This document shows positions 37,649 through 47,914 of a DNA stretch of 64,000 bases, piece after piece. Source of the DNA: an uncultured Spirochaetales bacterium (lineage in GTDB: Bacteria > Spirochaetota > GWE2-31-10 > CAYYKD01). The notes beneath the pieces are model-generated. The model saw only the letters and a list, made by a program, of their open reading frames with translations. It was not told where the DNA came from and searched no databases. The translations under genes and the position numbers were made by a program. Where the stretch lies: assembly GCA_964471825.1 (NCBI GenBank), contig CAYYKD010000008.1, positions 5,867 to 69,866 of the forward strand. Reading direction: 5' to 3'. Position 1 is the first letter of the stretch. Every line of letters begins with the position of its first letter.

Positions 37649-39562
37649 CTATTGTGAGACTATCCTGTCTGCATAGTCATTCCAGCCGAAAGCGGCTTTG
37701 TAAGCATCCACAGAACCTGCGGGGACTTTAATATTTCCGGGTGTATTCTGAAATACCAAAACACTCATTGAAGGCGGTGTTGTCGGCATAACAATTATTT
37801 CTGCAAGACTTATACAACCATAGAATGCATAATTCCCAATAGATGTAACACTATCCGGTATAGTAACCGAAGTCAGATTTGTACAACGATAGAATGCATA
37901 ATTCCCAATAGATGTAACACTATCCGGTATAGTAACCGAAGTCAGATTTGTACAACGATAGAATGCACCATAGTCAATAGATGTAACACTACTTGGTATA
38001 GAAATCGATGTAAGGCTAATACAATCTCCGAATGTCCCATCCCCAATAGATGTAACACTATTCGGTATAGTAACCGATATCAGACTTGCACAATCTTGGA
38101 ATGCATAATCCCCAATATATGTAACACTATTCGGTATAGTAACCGATGTCAGACTTATACAACCATAGAATGCATAATTCCCAATAGATGTAACACTATC
38201 TGGTATAGTAACCGAAGTCAGATTTGTACAACGATAGAATGCACTGTGATTAATATTTGTAACACTACTTGGTATAGAAACCGATGTAAGGCTAATACAA
38301 CCTGCGAATGCACCATAGTCAATAGATGTAACACTATTCCCAATAGTAACCGATGTCAGACTAATACAATCTTGGAATGCACCATTCCAAATAGATTTAA
38401 CACTATCCGGTATAGTAATCGATGTAAGACTAATACAATCTTGGAATGCACCATTCCAAATAGATTTAACACTATTCGATATAATAACCGATGTCAGACT
38501 TAGACAACCTTGGAATACATAAGAATAAATACCTGTAACACTATCCGGTATAGTAATCGATGTAAGACTAATACAATCTTGGAATGTCCCATCCCCAATA
38601 GATGTAACATTATTCGATATAATAACCGATGTCAGACTTAGACAACCTTGGAATGCATAAGAATAAATACCTGTAACACTATCCGGTATAGTAACAGATG
38701 TCAGATTAGTACAACCTTCGAATGCGCGCTGCCCAATATCTGTAACACTATCCGGTATAGTAACCGATGTCAGACCTAGACAACCCTGGAATGCACCGGA
38801 CTCAATAGATGTAACACTATCGCTAATTACAAAACTCTTCAATGAAACATAATGTCTAAAATTATACGAGACCCTTTCAGTAATTACTGCATCTTTCATG
38901 TCTACCGATAGGAGTCCGTTCACAATAATAGTTTTTTTTAGATGGTCTATGTCGTCTTTGTTTAGGGCTACACCTTCCGCAGTAGTTATAATCAGATTTT
39001 TTTCGGTCATTCCATTAAGTAATGAACCCAGGGTGCCAGCGGCAGATACATTTACTGTTTTCAAAGAATTATCATCCGCTGAACCCCCTCCGTCTTTACC
39101 ATCTTTTGCCAATATCTGCCAAGCTGAACCATCATAGATATATGATATGCCCTCTGTCAAATTGTAATATGCCCACCCGCCAACAGGATTTAAAGGTGCA
39201 GTAGCTAAGCCGCCTTTCCATAGTATAATGTTATAAACAACGGTATTAACTGATGATCTTGTCATACCGGTTTTATACGCAATAGCTTTTAAGGTCATTG
39301 TGTTATTTACTAACACTTCACTATCATATATTAGTCCAACAGTTTCAGTCGGTTCACTACCATCAATTGTATACCTTATAGTTGCACCGGTAGTCTCAGT
39401 TAAAATAACTACAGTTTGTTCACCAAAGTATTGCCCGGCAATTTGACTGAATGAAGGTGTAGAAACTGTATAACTCCCGCCATTTATATTATTTGTTTCA
39501 TTCATAGAACATGATAAAGTAACTACAAGAACCAGGAGTCCAAAAATCTTGACTTTAAACAT
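37649..39562 (-). CDS. Surface lipoprotein with BspA-type leucine-rich repeats and an N-terminal chitobiase/Fn3-like domain
   Basis: Lipobox (VVTLSCS). About 15 consecutive 22-aa repeats of type SLTSVTIPDSVTSIGNYAFYGC, encoded by near-identical 66-nt units. Confidence 0.8.
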   Translation of the reverse strand: MFKVKIFGLLVLVVTLSCSMNETNNINGGSYTVSTPSFSQIAGQYFGEQTVVILTETTGATIRYTIDGSEPTETVGLIYDSEVLVNNTMTLKAIAYKTGMTRSSVNTVVYNIILWKGGLATAPLNPVGGWAYYNLTEGISYIYDGSAWQILAKDGKDGGGSADDNSLKTVNVSAAGTLGSLLNGMTEKNLIITTAEGVALNKDDIDHLKKTIIVNGLLSVDMKDAVITERVSYNFRHYVSLKSFVISDSVTSIESGAFQGCLGLTSVTIPDSVTDIGQRAFEGCTNLTSVTIPDSVTGIYSYAFQGCLSLTSVIISNNVTSIGDGTFQDCISLTSITIPDSVTGIYSYVFQGCLSLTSVIISNSVKSIWNGAFQDCISLTSITIPDSVKSIWNGAFQDCISLTSVTIGNSVTSIDYGAFAGCISLTSVSIPSSVTNINHSAFYRCTNLTSVTIPDSVTSIGNYAFYGCISLTSVTIPNSVTYIGDYAFQDCASLISVTIPNSVTSIGDGTFGDCISLTSISIPSSVTSIDYGAFYRCTNLTSVTIPDSVTSIGNYAFYRCTNLTSVTIPDSVTSIGNYAFYGCISLAEIIVMPTTPPSMSVLVFQNTPGNIKVPAGSVDAYKAAFGWNDYADRIVSQ

Positions 39563-39962
39563 ATTACCCTTCTTAAAAAGTATTATTCAGACCTAAAAAC
39601 AAATCTATATTGCGATAAATTCAAGCACAATTTGCTTAATATTTAATATTTATACAATATAATAACTATCAATTCAAGATATATAAAATATTTTTGTGTT
39701 CTAGTCAACGCAATTTGCGTTCTGATTGGCCAAGGGGACACATTATGTAATTTAATAATTTTCGAGATACAGATGCATCATAAAAATTTGGTTTACCTGT
39801 TTCTTTAATAATATAAAACTCACTTTTCTAATTAAATATTGGTCTTTTACTCTAGTTAAAAAAAAATTATTAATATAATATACTGCTTGACAATCCGCAG
39901 ATTATTTTTCATATTTAAATGCTTGGTTATCTCTTCGAAATAATCAATCAAGGTAGTAAACA

Positions 39963-41855
39963 ATGAAAAAAATCAGCGAAAATAACAAAGAAAACGCAAC
40001 AAAAGCTTTTAAGTTAAATATTTTTAAGGTTTATTCTGTTGTCTATTCATTAGTTGCTATCCCGATGGCTTATTATGGTCTTAATTTTATCGAGATGGTC
40101 TATAAAAACATTGTATTCTTTTTAATAACAATATCAGTCGTAATGGTGTTGTCGATAGTTATTTGTTATATCGTTCAAAATAGTACAACCGGAGATATAA
40201 GAGGTTTTTTTAATAACACACCATTTGACAGCTTAAAGATTAAAAAAAGTGCCTATTATTTACCTTTTTTCGTGGTTGCGGTTATGGATTTTGGCTGGCT
40301 TGTTTTAATGAATCTGATCGTGTTGATTCCGTTGTTTTTAATATATTCAGGTAATTTTGTAGAGCTGATAGTTATGAATATGTTGGTACTATCAGGTGCT
40401 TTATTGTCAACTCCGTTGGCTTATTTTATAACCGAAAACACTTCTGCACAGTTATTAAGCATAAAGGAAGTTAGTTTATTTAAAGAACCTGAAAAAGCGA
40501 TAAAAATAAATTTGAAAACAAAAATTTTGATGATCTGTTTGATTCTGATTATATCTCTTGTTTTAAATATAACATCCGGGATGCTGCTTGCGATTCTTCA
40601 CAATCTAACTCAATATCAAACTATAGTTAATATTTTTGTAATTAGCGGATCGCAAATTGTCACAGCAGTTGTTATTTCGATCTTTTTTGCCGATTCAATA
40701 ACAAAACCGATACTTAGGATGAAATTATCTGCTAATTTCATCCAAAATGGCGATATATCAATTACTATTCAAAAGACATCAAACGATGAGCTTGGCGACA
40801 CTTCCGACTCATACAATGCATTTCTTGAGAAACTGTCATTTATGATTGCAAATATTAAAGACAGTGTCCACACCACGCTCGATAACATTACAGAGTTAAA
40901 TAATGCCATGAACAGCACAGGGAGATCTGTAAATGATATAAATCTAATCTCTGATGAGGTTCGAAAAGTAATTACAAATCAGTCAGCAATTATTACAGAT
41001 ATTACAACAAAAATGGAGCAGATTGCCGGCACTATTACTAAACATGATATTAAAATCAATGATCAGACCGGCAGTCTCTCTCAAAGTTCGGCGGCTATTG
41101 AAGAGATGCTTGCAAATATCAGCTCTATTGCTACAAACCTGAACACCAATTCTAGCGAGTTTACTAATCTTCATAAAGCGATTAATGCCGGAAACACAGA
41201 TTTAGAAACACTTAAAGAAACGGTGATTTCTCTAAACAGACAATCAGATAGTGTGATCGAAGCAAATGCTATTATAACAAATATTGCGAGCCAGACAGAT
41301 TTGCTTGCAATGAATGCGGCCATCGAAGCGGCACACGCCGGAGAATACGGAAAAGGTTTTGCTGTTGTGGCAGATGAGATCCGAAAGCTTGCGGAAGTTT
41401 CAAATCATCAATCGAAGTTCATATCAGAAAACTTAAATAATCTCAAAAAATCTATAGAAGAGGCGGTTATAATTACGGATAAAACTGAAAAATCATTTGA
41501 AATAATCATTAAGTCGATTGAAACAGTAAATAATCTGGAAAAAGAGATAAAAAATTCGATTGATGAACAATCAAGCGGTAGCACTCAAATTCTACAGGCA
41601 ATAAACAATATCAATCAGATAACTATAGAGGTTCATGCAGGCTCAAAGGAGATGATGAACGACAGTAAAAATGTCATCTCTCAGATAAACGATCTGTTAG
41701 CGATAACCGAAAAGGTGAAGTCCTCTTCAATGAGTGTTGTAGAAAAAGCAAAAACCGTTAAAGAAGATGCTGACATTTCACTTGAACTTATTAAAACAAA
41801 TGACAATAATACAAAAAATATTAATTCATTAGTTGAAGTTTTCAAAATAAAGTAA
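39963..41855 (+). CDS. Methyl-accepting chemotaxis protein with polytopic (about 7 TM) membrane sensor, HAMP and MCP signalling domain
   Basis: Signalling motif DLLAMNAAIEAAHAGEYGKGFAVVADEIRKLAE. Confidence 0.85.
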   Translation: MKKISENNKENATKAFKLNIFKVYSVVYSLVAIPMAYYGLNFIEMVYKNIVFFLITISVVMVLSIVICYIVQNSTTGDIRGFFNNTPFDSLKIKKSAYYLPFFVVAVMDFGWLVLMNLIVLIPLFLIYSGNFVELIVMNMLVLSGALLSTPLAYFITENTSAQLLSIKEVSLFKEPEKAIKINLKTKILMICLILIISLVLNITSGMLLAILHNLTQYQTIVNIFVISGSQIVTAVVISIFFADSITKPILRMKLSANFIQNGDISITIQKTSNDELGDTSDSYNAFLEKLSFMIANIKDSVHTTLDNITELNNAMNSTGRSVNDINLISDEVRKVITNQSAIITDITTKMEQIAGTITKHDIKINDQTGSLSQSSAAIEEMLANISSIATNLNTNSSEFTNLHKAINAGNTDLETLKETVISLNRQSDSVIEANAIITNIASQTDLLAMNAAIEAAHAGEYGKGFAVVADEIRKLAEVSNHQSKFISENLNNLKKSIEEAVIITDKTEKSFEIIIKSIETVNNLEKEIKNSIDEQSSGSTQILQAINNINQITIEVHAGSKEMMNDSKNVISQINDLLAITEKVKSSSMSVVEKAKTVKEDADISLELIKTNDNNTKNINSLVEVFKIK

Positions 41856-42030
41856 CTGCGAGGTATATTTTTTGCGGGGTATCTTTTTTAGTATTATGTG
41901 GGGGACAGCCTAAGGTTGATGATAACAAAAACAATAAATAGAACGAAACAATAAATAGAACAATTCGACAACAAATATAATAAATTTATTTTCTTTACAA
42001 AGCCTATATAATTATATAGAATTATTATAA

Positions 42031-42077
42031 GAGGCAGTTGCAAAAAAAAAATTTTGAATTTTTGCAAGAGTCTCATC
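42031..42077. repeat. Palindromic intergenic repeat, family B copy 2 (reverse orientation)
   Basis: Reverse complement GATGAGACTCTTGCAAAAATTCAAAATTTTTTTTTTGCAACTGCCTC. Lies 41 nt upstream of the NarL-type regulator start. Confidence 0.65.
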
Positions 42078-42117
42078 ACATCTAAATTATTAATAGTTAA
42101 ATAGTTACGGATAAATT

Positions 42118-42762
42118 ATGAAGAAAAAAATTTTTATTGTTGACGATCACGAGATAGTTAGACTCGGACTAATGCAGATTATTAACAAACGAGAAAATCT
42201 GATAGTCTGCGGTGAGGCTGATAATACCTTAGATGCACTAAAGCGGATTGAGGAACAAAACCCCGATCTGGCAATTGTTGACATCTCATTAAAAGACTCT
42301 AATGGGCTTGAACTTATTAAAGATATAAGGGTTAGGTTTCCCAAACTACCTACACTTGTACTATCAATCTATGATGAATCAATTTATGCAGAGAGAGCGT
42401 TGCGTGCAGGTGCATCGGGCTACATCATGAAACAGGAGTTGACAGATAGTGTAATTCTTGCTATTCAGACAATTCTTTCAGGTAGGAAATATCTCAGTTC
42501 TGATATGTCGATCAGGATGGCAGAACTATATATTGAAAATAAAGGCGACAAGGAAAAAAATCCCGTAAGTGTGCTTTCAGATAGGGAATTAGAGGTTTTC
42601 GAAATGTTTGGAAGAGGTTTGACTACAAAGGAGATCTCTGAAAAATTAAACCTAAGCATAAAAACTATTGGTAACTATCGAGAAAATATCAAGAAGAAAC
42701 TCAACCTTTCAAATACAAATGAGATTGTAAGATTTGCAGCTCAATCCGGTCTACTAAAATAG
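42118..42762 (+). CDS. NarL/FixJ-family response regulator (REC + LuxR-type HTH)
   Basis: Receiver motifs plus a C-terminal GerE/LuxR HTH (LTTKEISEKLNLSIKTIGNYRENIKKKL). Confidence 0.85.
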   Translation: MKKKIFIVDDHEIVRLGLMQIINKRENLIVCGEADNTLDALKRIEEQNPDLAIVDISLKDSNGLELIKDIRVRFPKLPTLVLSIYDESIYAERALRAGASGYIMKQELTDSVILAIQTILSGRKYLSSDMSIRMAELYIENKGDKEKNPVSVLSDRELEVFEMFGRGLTTKEISEKLNLSIKTIGNYRENIKKKLNLSNTNEIVRFAAQSGLLK

Positions 42763-42860
42763 GTTTTTTACCCATCACCTTTTGATAATTTATACCCTTG
42801 AATTTTAATTAACAAATACATATAATATTTGAAAGAGCCTCATTTAAAAAGGAGTGTAGT

Positions 42861-44432
42861 ATGGCAAATAAATACTTAGTTGATTTTAACATAGAACCAA
42901 TGAGAGATGGTTTGAGCAGTGTTAAATTATCGCAGAAATTCATACCGGTGAAGTATGTTGTTACAATTATTATTCTTGCATTTATGATACTGGGCTGTTT
43001 GGATAGAAACAGTATTTTAACAACTGATGAAAAAATTGGATATGATAAAATGCTATCAATCCTTGTCGACTCAAGTCTAAAGAGTCACATAACTCTTACT
43101 GAGGAGGGGACAACCTCTCAGGGAAGAAAGATTTTTCTGGTAAATCTGAATACTGGAAACAGAAATGGAAAACAGACAAAAGTATTTCTATACGGTCTTC
43201 AACATGGCGATGAGATTTCCGGTAGAGATGCCTTGATAGGACTAATCAGGGATATTGCAAACAAACCATCACTTCTTAATCACTCAGTAGATCTATTTGT
43301 TTTACCTTCACTTAACCCGGATGGCGGGGAAAAGAATGAAAGAAGAAATGGTATGAAGGTCGATCTAAATCGAGATCATCAACTATTAAGTCAGATAGAG
43401 ACAAGAATTCTATATAGGATTACCCAAAAAATACTACCCGATATTGCAGTAGATTTTCATGAATACAACCGTACAGGTTCAAGTTACACAAATGCAGATC
43501 TTCTAAAATGGGCTGATATTACTATGGACATTTGCAATAATCCATTATTCTCTAAGGAAATATATGCGGCTGGACTTTCGTGGATTGCATCTCAAGAGGA
43601 TGCAATGAAAAAGAGAGGGATTAATTTTTCAAGATATTTTGTCGGCGGTGCACCACCTGATGAGGAAATTCGGCCAAGCACTACAGATATTGATGACGGA
43701 AGGAATGGAGTCGGATCATATGGTGCTGTTTCATTCATTGTTGAGACCGGTGTATATTGGAGTTATCCTGATCCATATTTTGATCTGAATAAAAGGATAA
43801 CAGCAAATAGAATATTAATCAATAATCTGCTTAATGATAATCGCTTTTTGAAGATATCTAAACAACTGGCAAATGATTCCAGAAATGCTCCATTACCTGA
43901 TTTTATTCCTGTTAATTACTTCTGGGGAAGTTGTGGCGTTAAGGAAAACTCAGTTAAAGTAATGGATACTGAGAATAACGGGTCAGTAATAAAGACGGCA
44001 AATATGATGACCGATCTAATTGTTAAGAAAACAGTACGAAGACCGGAGGCATATATAATTGGATCAAATTATAGTGAGATTTTTACAAGTTTTCTTAGTT
44101 CACATGGCATAGAATTTGAAATTATACCTGAAGATAGAGAGTTTAAAGTGGAGGATTGTTATCAGGAGGAAATGTTGCTTGATTTTGACAAAATTCATCA
44201 GAGATATGCCGGAAGACAAATCGTATCACTTGATGATCCTATAAAGACGATATACCAAAGAGGAGCATTATTAGTTAAGCTAAAACCAGGGCATAGTTCA
44301 ATTCGAGCTATTGCACATCTTGAACCATCTATGATCTTTGGCCTATATCACTGGGATAACTTTGCAAAGACGATAGATGAAACCGGAAAAATGCCGGTAT
44401 CTAGAGTAACATCGCTTAATCCGAGCGAATAA
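42861..44432 (+). CDS. M14-family zinc carboxypeptidase-like protein (membrane/lipid anchored)
   Basis: HxxE zinc motif (LQHGDEISG) and a second His (DFHEYN). N-terminal hydrophobic anchor. Confidence 0.55.
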   Translation: MANKYLVDFNIEPMRDGLSSVKLSQKFIPVKYVVTIIILAFMILGCLDRNSILTTDEKIGYDKMLSILVDSSLKSHITLTEEGTTSQGRKIFLVNLNTGNRNGKQTKVFLYGLQHGDEISGRDALIGLIRDIANKPSLLNHSVDLFVLPSLNPDGGEKNERRNGMKVDLNRDHQLLSQIETRILYRITQKILPDIAVDFHEYNRTGSSYTNADLLKWADITMDICNNPLFSKEIYAAGLSWIASQEDAMKKRGINFSRYFVGGAPPDEEIRPSTTDIDDGRNGVGSYGAVSFIVETGVYWSYPDPYFDLNKRITANRILINNLLNDNRFLKISKQLANDSRNAPLPDFIPVNYFWGSCGVKENSVKVMDTENNGSVIKTANMMTDLIVKKTVRRPEAYIIGSNYSEIFTSFLSSHGIEFEIIPEDREFKVEDCYQEEMLLDFDKIHQRYAGRQIVSLDDPIKTIYQRGALLVKLKPGHSSIRAIAHLEPSMIFGLYHWDNFAKTIDETGKMPVSRVTSLNPSE

Positions 44433-44729
44433 TAGAGTTGAAACTAAACAACCGGACAAATTTTATTATTATAGGGTACCTCTAAATACCATATATTCTG
44501 AATTAAAAAACCAAAAGTCCATACTTTAATGGAAATCATACCAACTCAGATACCTATATGGCACTTCAAATCCCGAGAATATCGAAGTGCCTTATATTTT
44601 TTAGTAAAATTGTTTACCTTTTTCATTTTTTTTATTAATAGTCATAGATATAAAATCAATAGTCATAGATATAATTTCGTGTGATTTTTTAACAGCATTA
44701 TTTGTTTCGAAAAATGGAGAAGTTTAAAA

Positions 44730-45278
44730 ATGGAAGAAAAACTAAAGTGGAGATCGACAACCGTACTTGTTGTAAGAAAGAATGGTGAGGTTGCGATGGC
44801 GGCAGACGGACAGGTGTCTCTTGGCCAAACTGTTATGAAGACAGGTGCCAAAAAACTTAGGCGTTTGTATGAAGACAAGATAGTTGTAGGTTTTGCCGGA
44901 AGTACGGCAGATGCATTTAATCTCTTTGACAAACTGGAAGCTAAGGTTAATGAATATAGAGGTAACTTAACACGGGCATCTGTTGAACTTGCAAAGGATT
45001 GGAGAACAGATAAATATTTAAGAAGGCTGGAGGCCATGCTTATAGTTGCAGATAAGGAAAGCAGTTTTATTATATCCGGAAGCGGTGATGTAGTAGAGCC
45101 GGATCATGGTGTAGCAGCAATTGGAAGTGGCGGTAATTACGCACTATCAGCAGCCAGGGCACTTCTTGAGACTGATAATAATATGACAGCATCTGAGATA
45201 GCAAAGAAGTCCCTTGAAATAGCTGCGGACATCTGTGTCTACACAAATCACTCGATTACTCTAGAGGAGATTAAATGA
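44730..45278 (+). CDS. hslV: ATP-dependent protease subunit HslV, with a 10-residue N-terminal extension before the TT nucleophile
   Basis: [24 protein letters not shown] matches the HslV N-terminal Thr active-site region. Confidence 0.85.
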   Translation: MEEKLKWRSTTVLVVRKNGEVAMAADGQVSLGQTVMKTGAKKLRRLYEDKIVVGFAGSTADAFNLFDKLEAKVNEYRGNLTRASVELAKDWRTDKYLRRLEAMLIVADKESSFIISGSGDVVEPDHGVAAIGSGGNYALSAARALLETDNNMTASEIAKKSLEIAADICVYTNHSITLEEIK

Positions 45279-46663
45279 AACTATTAAAAGACTTGAACGA
45301 TCTAACCCCTAAAAAAATTGTAGAGGAACTGGATAAATATATTATTGGACAGAGAAGTGCAAAGAGAGCTGTTGCGATAGCACTAAGAAATAGAACTAGA
45401 AGAAAGCATATTCCTGAGGATATGAAGGAAGATGTGTCGCCCAAAAATATTATTATGATGGGACCTACAGGTGTTGGTAAAACAGAGATTGCTCGAAGAT
45501 TAGCTAAACTCTGTGCTGCACCCTTTGTTAAAGTAGAAGCAACTAAATTTACTGAGGTCGGCTATGTTGGTAAAGATGTAGAATCGATGGTCAGAGATCT
45601 AGTTACCGTATCGATAAATTTAATAAAAAGTGAACTAAGAAACTCAGTTATGGAAGAAGCTGAAAAACGAACTGAGGAGGCATTAATTAATTGCCTAGTT
45701 CCAGATGTTCATAAACCAAAAAATGTATTTGAGGGTGGTTCAGAGTTAAACGAACCTCCTGCATTTACAGATGTATCATCAACCAGAGCGAAATTCAAGG
45801 AATTGTTAATCGCCGGTAAACTCGAAGAGCAATCTGTAGAGATAACAGTTACCAGTAGTGTATCTCCAATGGTGGAGATGTTCTCGGGGGCCGGTTTTGA
45901 GGCCATGGGTATCAATCTCTCGGATCTTGGCAATGCATTTGGCGGTGGTCAGGGAAGAATGAAAAAAAAGAAGATGACTATTAAACAGGCTCGAAAAGTT
46001 ATACTGGAACAGGAAATTGATAAACTGATAGACATGGATAAAGTAGCTGATTTAGCTATTGAGAGGGCCGAAAATGAAGGAATTATTTTCATTGATGAAA
46101 TTGATAAGGTGGCTGTCAAATCAAAATCGGGATCGGGTGCTGATGTATCAAGAGAGGGTGTTCAGAGAGACCTATTGCCGATAGTTGAAGGTTCACAAGT
46201 AAATACGAAATATGGTCAGGTTAAAACAGATCACATATTATTTATTGCTGCCGGTGCATTTCACATGTCTAAACCATCAGATCTTATACCGGAGCTTCAA
46301 GGAAGATTCCCGATTAGAGTTGAGTTAGATAGTTTAACAAAGGAAGACTTTGTTGAGATTCTTATTAAACCAAAAAATGCAATAACACTTCAATATATTG
46401 AGTTACTTAAGACTGAAGGTTTATCAGTTATTTTTACTGATGATGCCCTTGAGACGATAGCTCTTTATGCCTTTGAGGTTAATAGTCAAACAGAAAATAT
46501 CGGTGCTAGAAGACTCCACACAATATTAGAGAAATTACTGGAGGAGATCAGCTTTAATGCTTCTGAAATGGAAGAAACTGAAGTTAAAATTGATAGTAAA
46601 TTTGTGTCTGATACACTGAAAGAGATTGTTAAGGATCAGGATTTATCACGATATATACTTTAG
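45275..46663 (+). CDS. hslU: ATP-dependent protease ATPase subunit HslU
   Basis: Walker [16 protein letters not shown]. Overlaps hslV by 4 nt. 462 aa. Confidence 0.9.
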   Translation: MKLLKDLNDLTPKKIVEELDKYIIGQRSAKRAVAIALRNRTRRKHIPEDMKEDVSPKNIIMMGPTGVGKTEIARRLAKLCAAPFVKVEATKFTEVGYVGKDVESMVRDLVTVSINLIKSELRNSVMEEAEKRTEEALINCLVPDVHKPKNVFEGGSELNEPPAFTDVSSTRAKFKELLIAGKLEEQSVEITVTSSVSPMVEMFSGAGFEAMGINLSDLGNAFGGGQGRMKKKKMTIKQARKVILEQEIDKLIDMDKVADLAIERAENEGIIFIDEIDKVAVKSKSGSGADVSREGVQRDLLPIVEGSQVNTKYGQVKTDHILFIAAGAFHMSKPSDLIPELQGRFPIRVELDSLTKEDFVEILIKPKNAITLQYIELLKTEGLSVIFTDDALETIALYAFEVNSQTENIGARRLHTILEKLLEEISFNASEMEETEVKIDSKFVSDTLKEIVKDQDLSRYIL

Positions 46664-46893
46664 TTTTAGAGACTCATTTTATATATTGTTTTTACTAGTG
46701 GTCTGTAATGCCATAATTGAGATTATGATCTACAGGCCATTTTGATTATTTAGTCAGTGAAGTTTAACAAATATCAAAATATCATCTATTTTAACATAAC
46801 CGTTTTTAATTACGCACATGTCATATTTATCTTGACAAGTGTGTGTTTTTTTGATAATTTACCGTAAAATTAAAAAAGTACAGGCGGATTAAC

Positions 46894-47763
46894 ATGAATA
46901 ATGAAATTCTTCACAAATTAAATGAGTTTAAGGGCGTCAATCTTATACTTTCAGAATCAATTAAAGGTAATCTACTAAGATCGGTGAATCGTGATTTTGA
47001 GGAGCTATATAAATACTCCTCGATTGATTGTCTTGAAAGTGAATGTATGGAGAAATTTGATAATAACGATTTGATACTTAGAATAAAGAAGGATGGTTCA
47101 ATTCGCATTGATACTGCACTGTTTAGTAATTCCTATGGATCATTTGTACCTGTATCAATCAAGTCATTCCCATTAAAAAAAGATAATGGGGCTGTAGTTG
47201 GTGTAATGCAAATAATGAATGACAACTCAGTTGAACAGGAAGCCTTAAAGATTGTTAAAAATCTACAGGATAAAATGAGGCATGATCATTTAACTGAAAT
47301 AGGAAATAGGATTGGTATAAAAGAGACCATAGAGAAAAAAATAGAGGAATACAGAAGGCATAAGACTTGTTTTGCAGTTATATTTATAGATATTGACAAC
47401 TTTAAAACAATTAATGACACCTATGGGCATGAGCTGGGCGATAAGGTGCTAGTCAAGATATCTGAGACATTAAAGAGTTCTATAAGAAATATTGACTATG
47501 TAGGCAGATGGGGAGGCGAGGAATTTATTGTTGTTGCACCATATGCTGAACCGTTGAATTCTTCAATAATCGCTGAAAGAATACGGGTTAACATTGAGAA
47601 ACTAATAGTATCTTATGATAACATTGAAATCATGACTACTGCAAGTATAGGAGTAACCAATGTTGTTGCAACAGATACCGTTGATTCTTTGATTGCCCGT
47701 TCTGATAAATTGATGTATATGTCTAAAGAAGATGGTAAAAATAAGGTAACTGAGCAGATATAA
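46894..47763 (+). CDS. Diguanylate cyclase (N-terminal sensor domain + GGDEF with GGEEF active site)
   Basis: RWGGEEF motif with upstream RxGD-type elements. Confidence 0.8.
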   Translation: MNNEILHKLNEFKGVNLILSESIKGNLLRSVNRDFEELYKYSSIDCLESECMEKFDNNDLILRIKKDGSIRIDTALFSNSYGSFVPVSIKSFPLKKDNGAVVGVMQIMNDNSVEQEALKIVKNLQDKMRHDHLTEIGNRIGIKETIEKKIEEYRRHKTCFAVIFIDIDNFKTINDTYGHELGDKVLVKISETLKSSIRNIDYVGRWGGEEFIVVAPYAEPLNSSIIAERIRVNIEKLIVSYDNIEIMTTASIGVTNVVATDTVDSLIARSDKLMYMSKEDGKNKVTEQI

Positions 47764-47914
47764 GAAATATTTATTGAGGCAAGAGCATCTAATTAAAAAA
47801 CAAAGAAAAAGACAGACTAAAGATCAAGTTCTCGTATCGCTACCCTTAAAATCAAAAAGGAAGCGATGAAAAACTTAAGGGATTTATTTGCAAGTGACTT
47901 TAGAGACTATTATT

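Noticed and set aside
38096-38503. 135-aa plus-strand ORF (ECIIPNICNTIRYSNRCQT... repeats)
   Set aside because: It is the antisense reading of the 66-nt LRR repeat array of the minus-strand BspA-like gene. Its periodic Cys-rich sequence is an artefact of the repeats, not a separate gene.
37800-38830. Regular 66-nt repeats considered as a possible CRISPR array
   Set aside because: There are no distinct spacers. The units are contiguous, in-frame and encode LRR modules, and no cas genes are nearby.
39700-39745. AACGCAA-TT-TGCGTT dyad in the divergent region between the LRR lipoprotein and MCP genes
   Set aside because: It is a single 7-bp dyad with no second copy in the window, which is insufficient to propose an operator.
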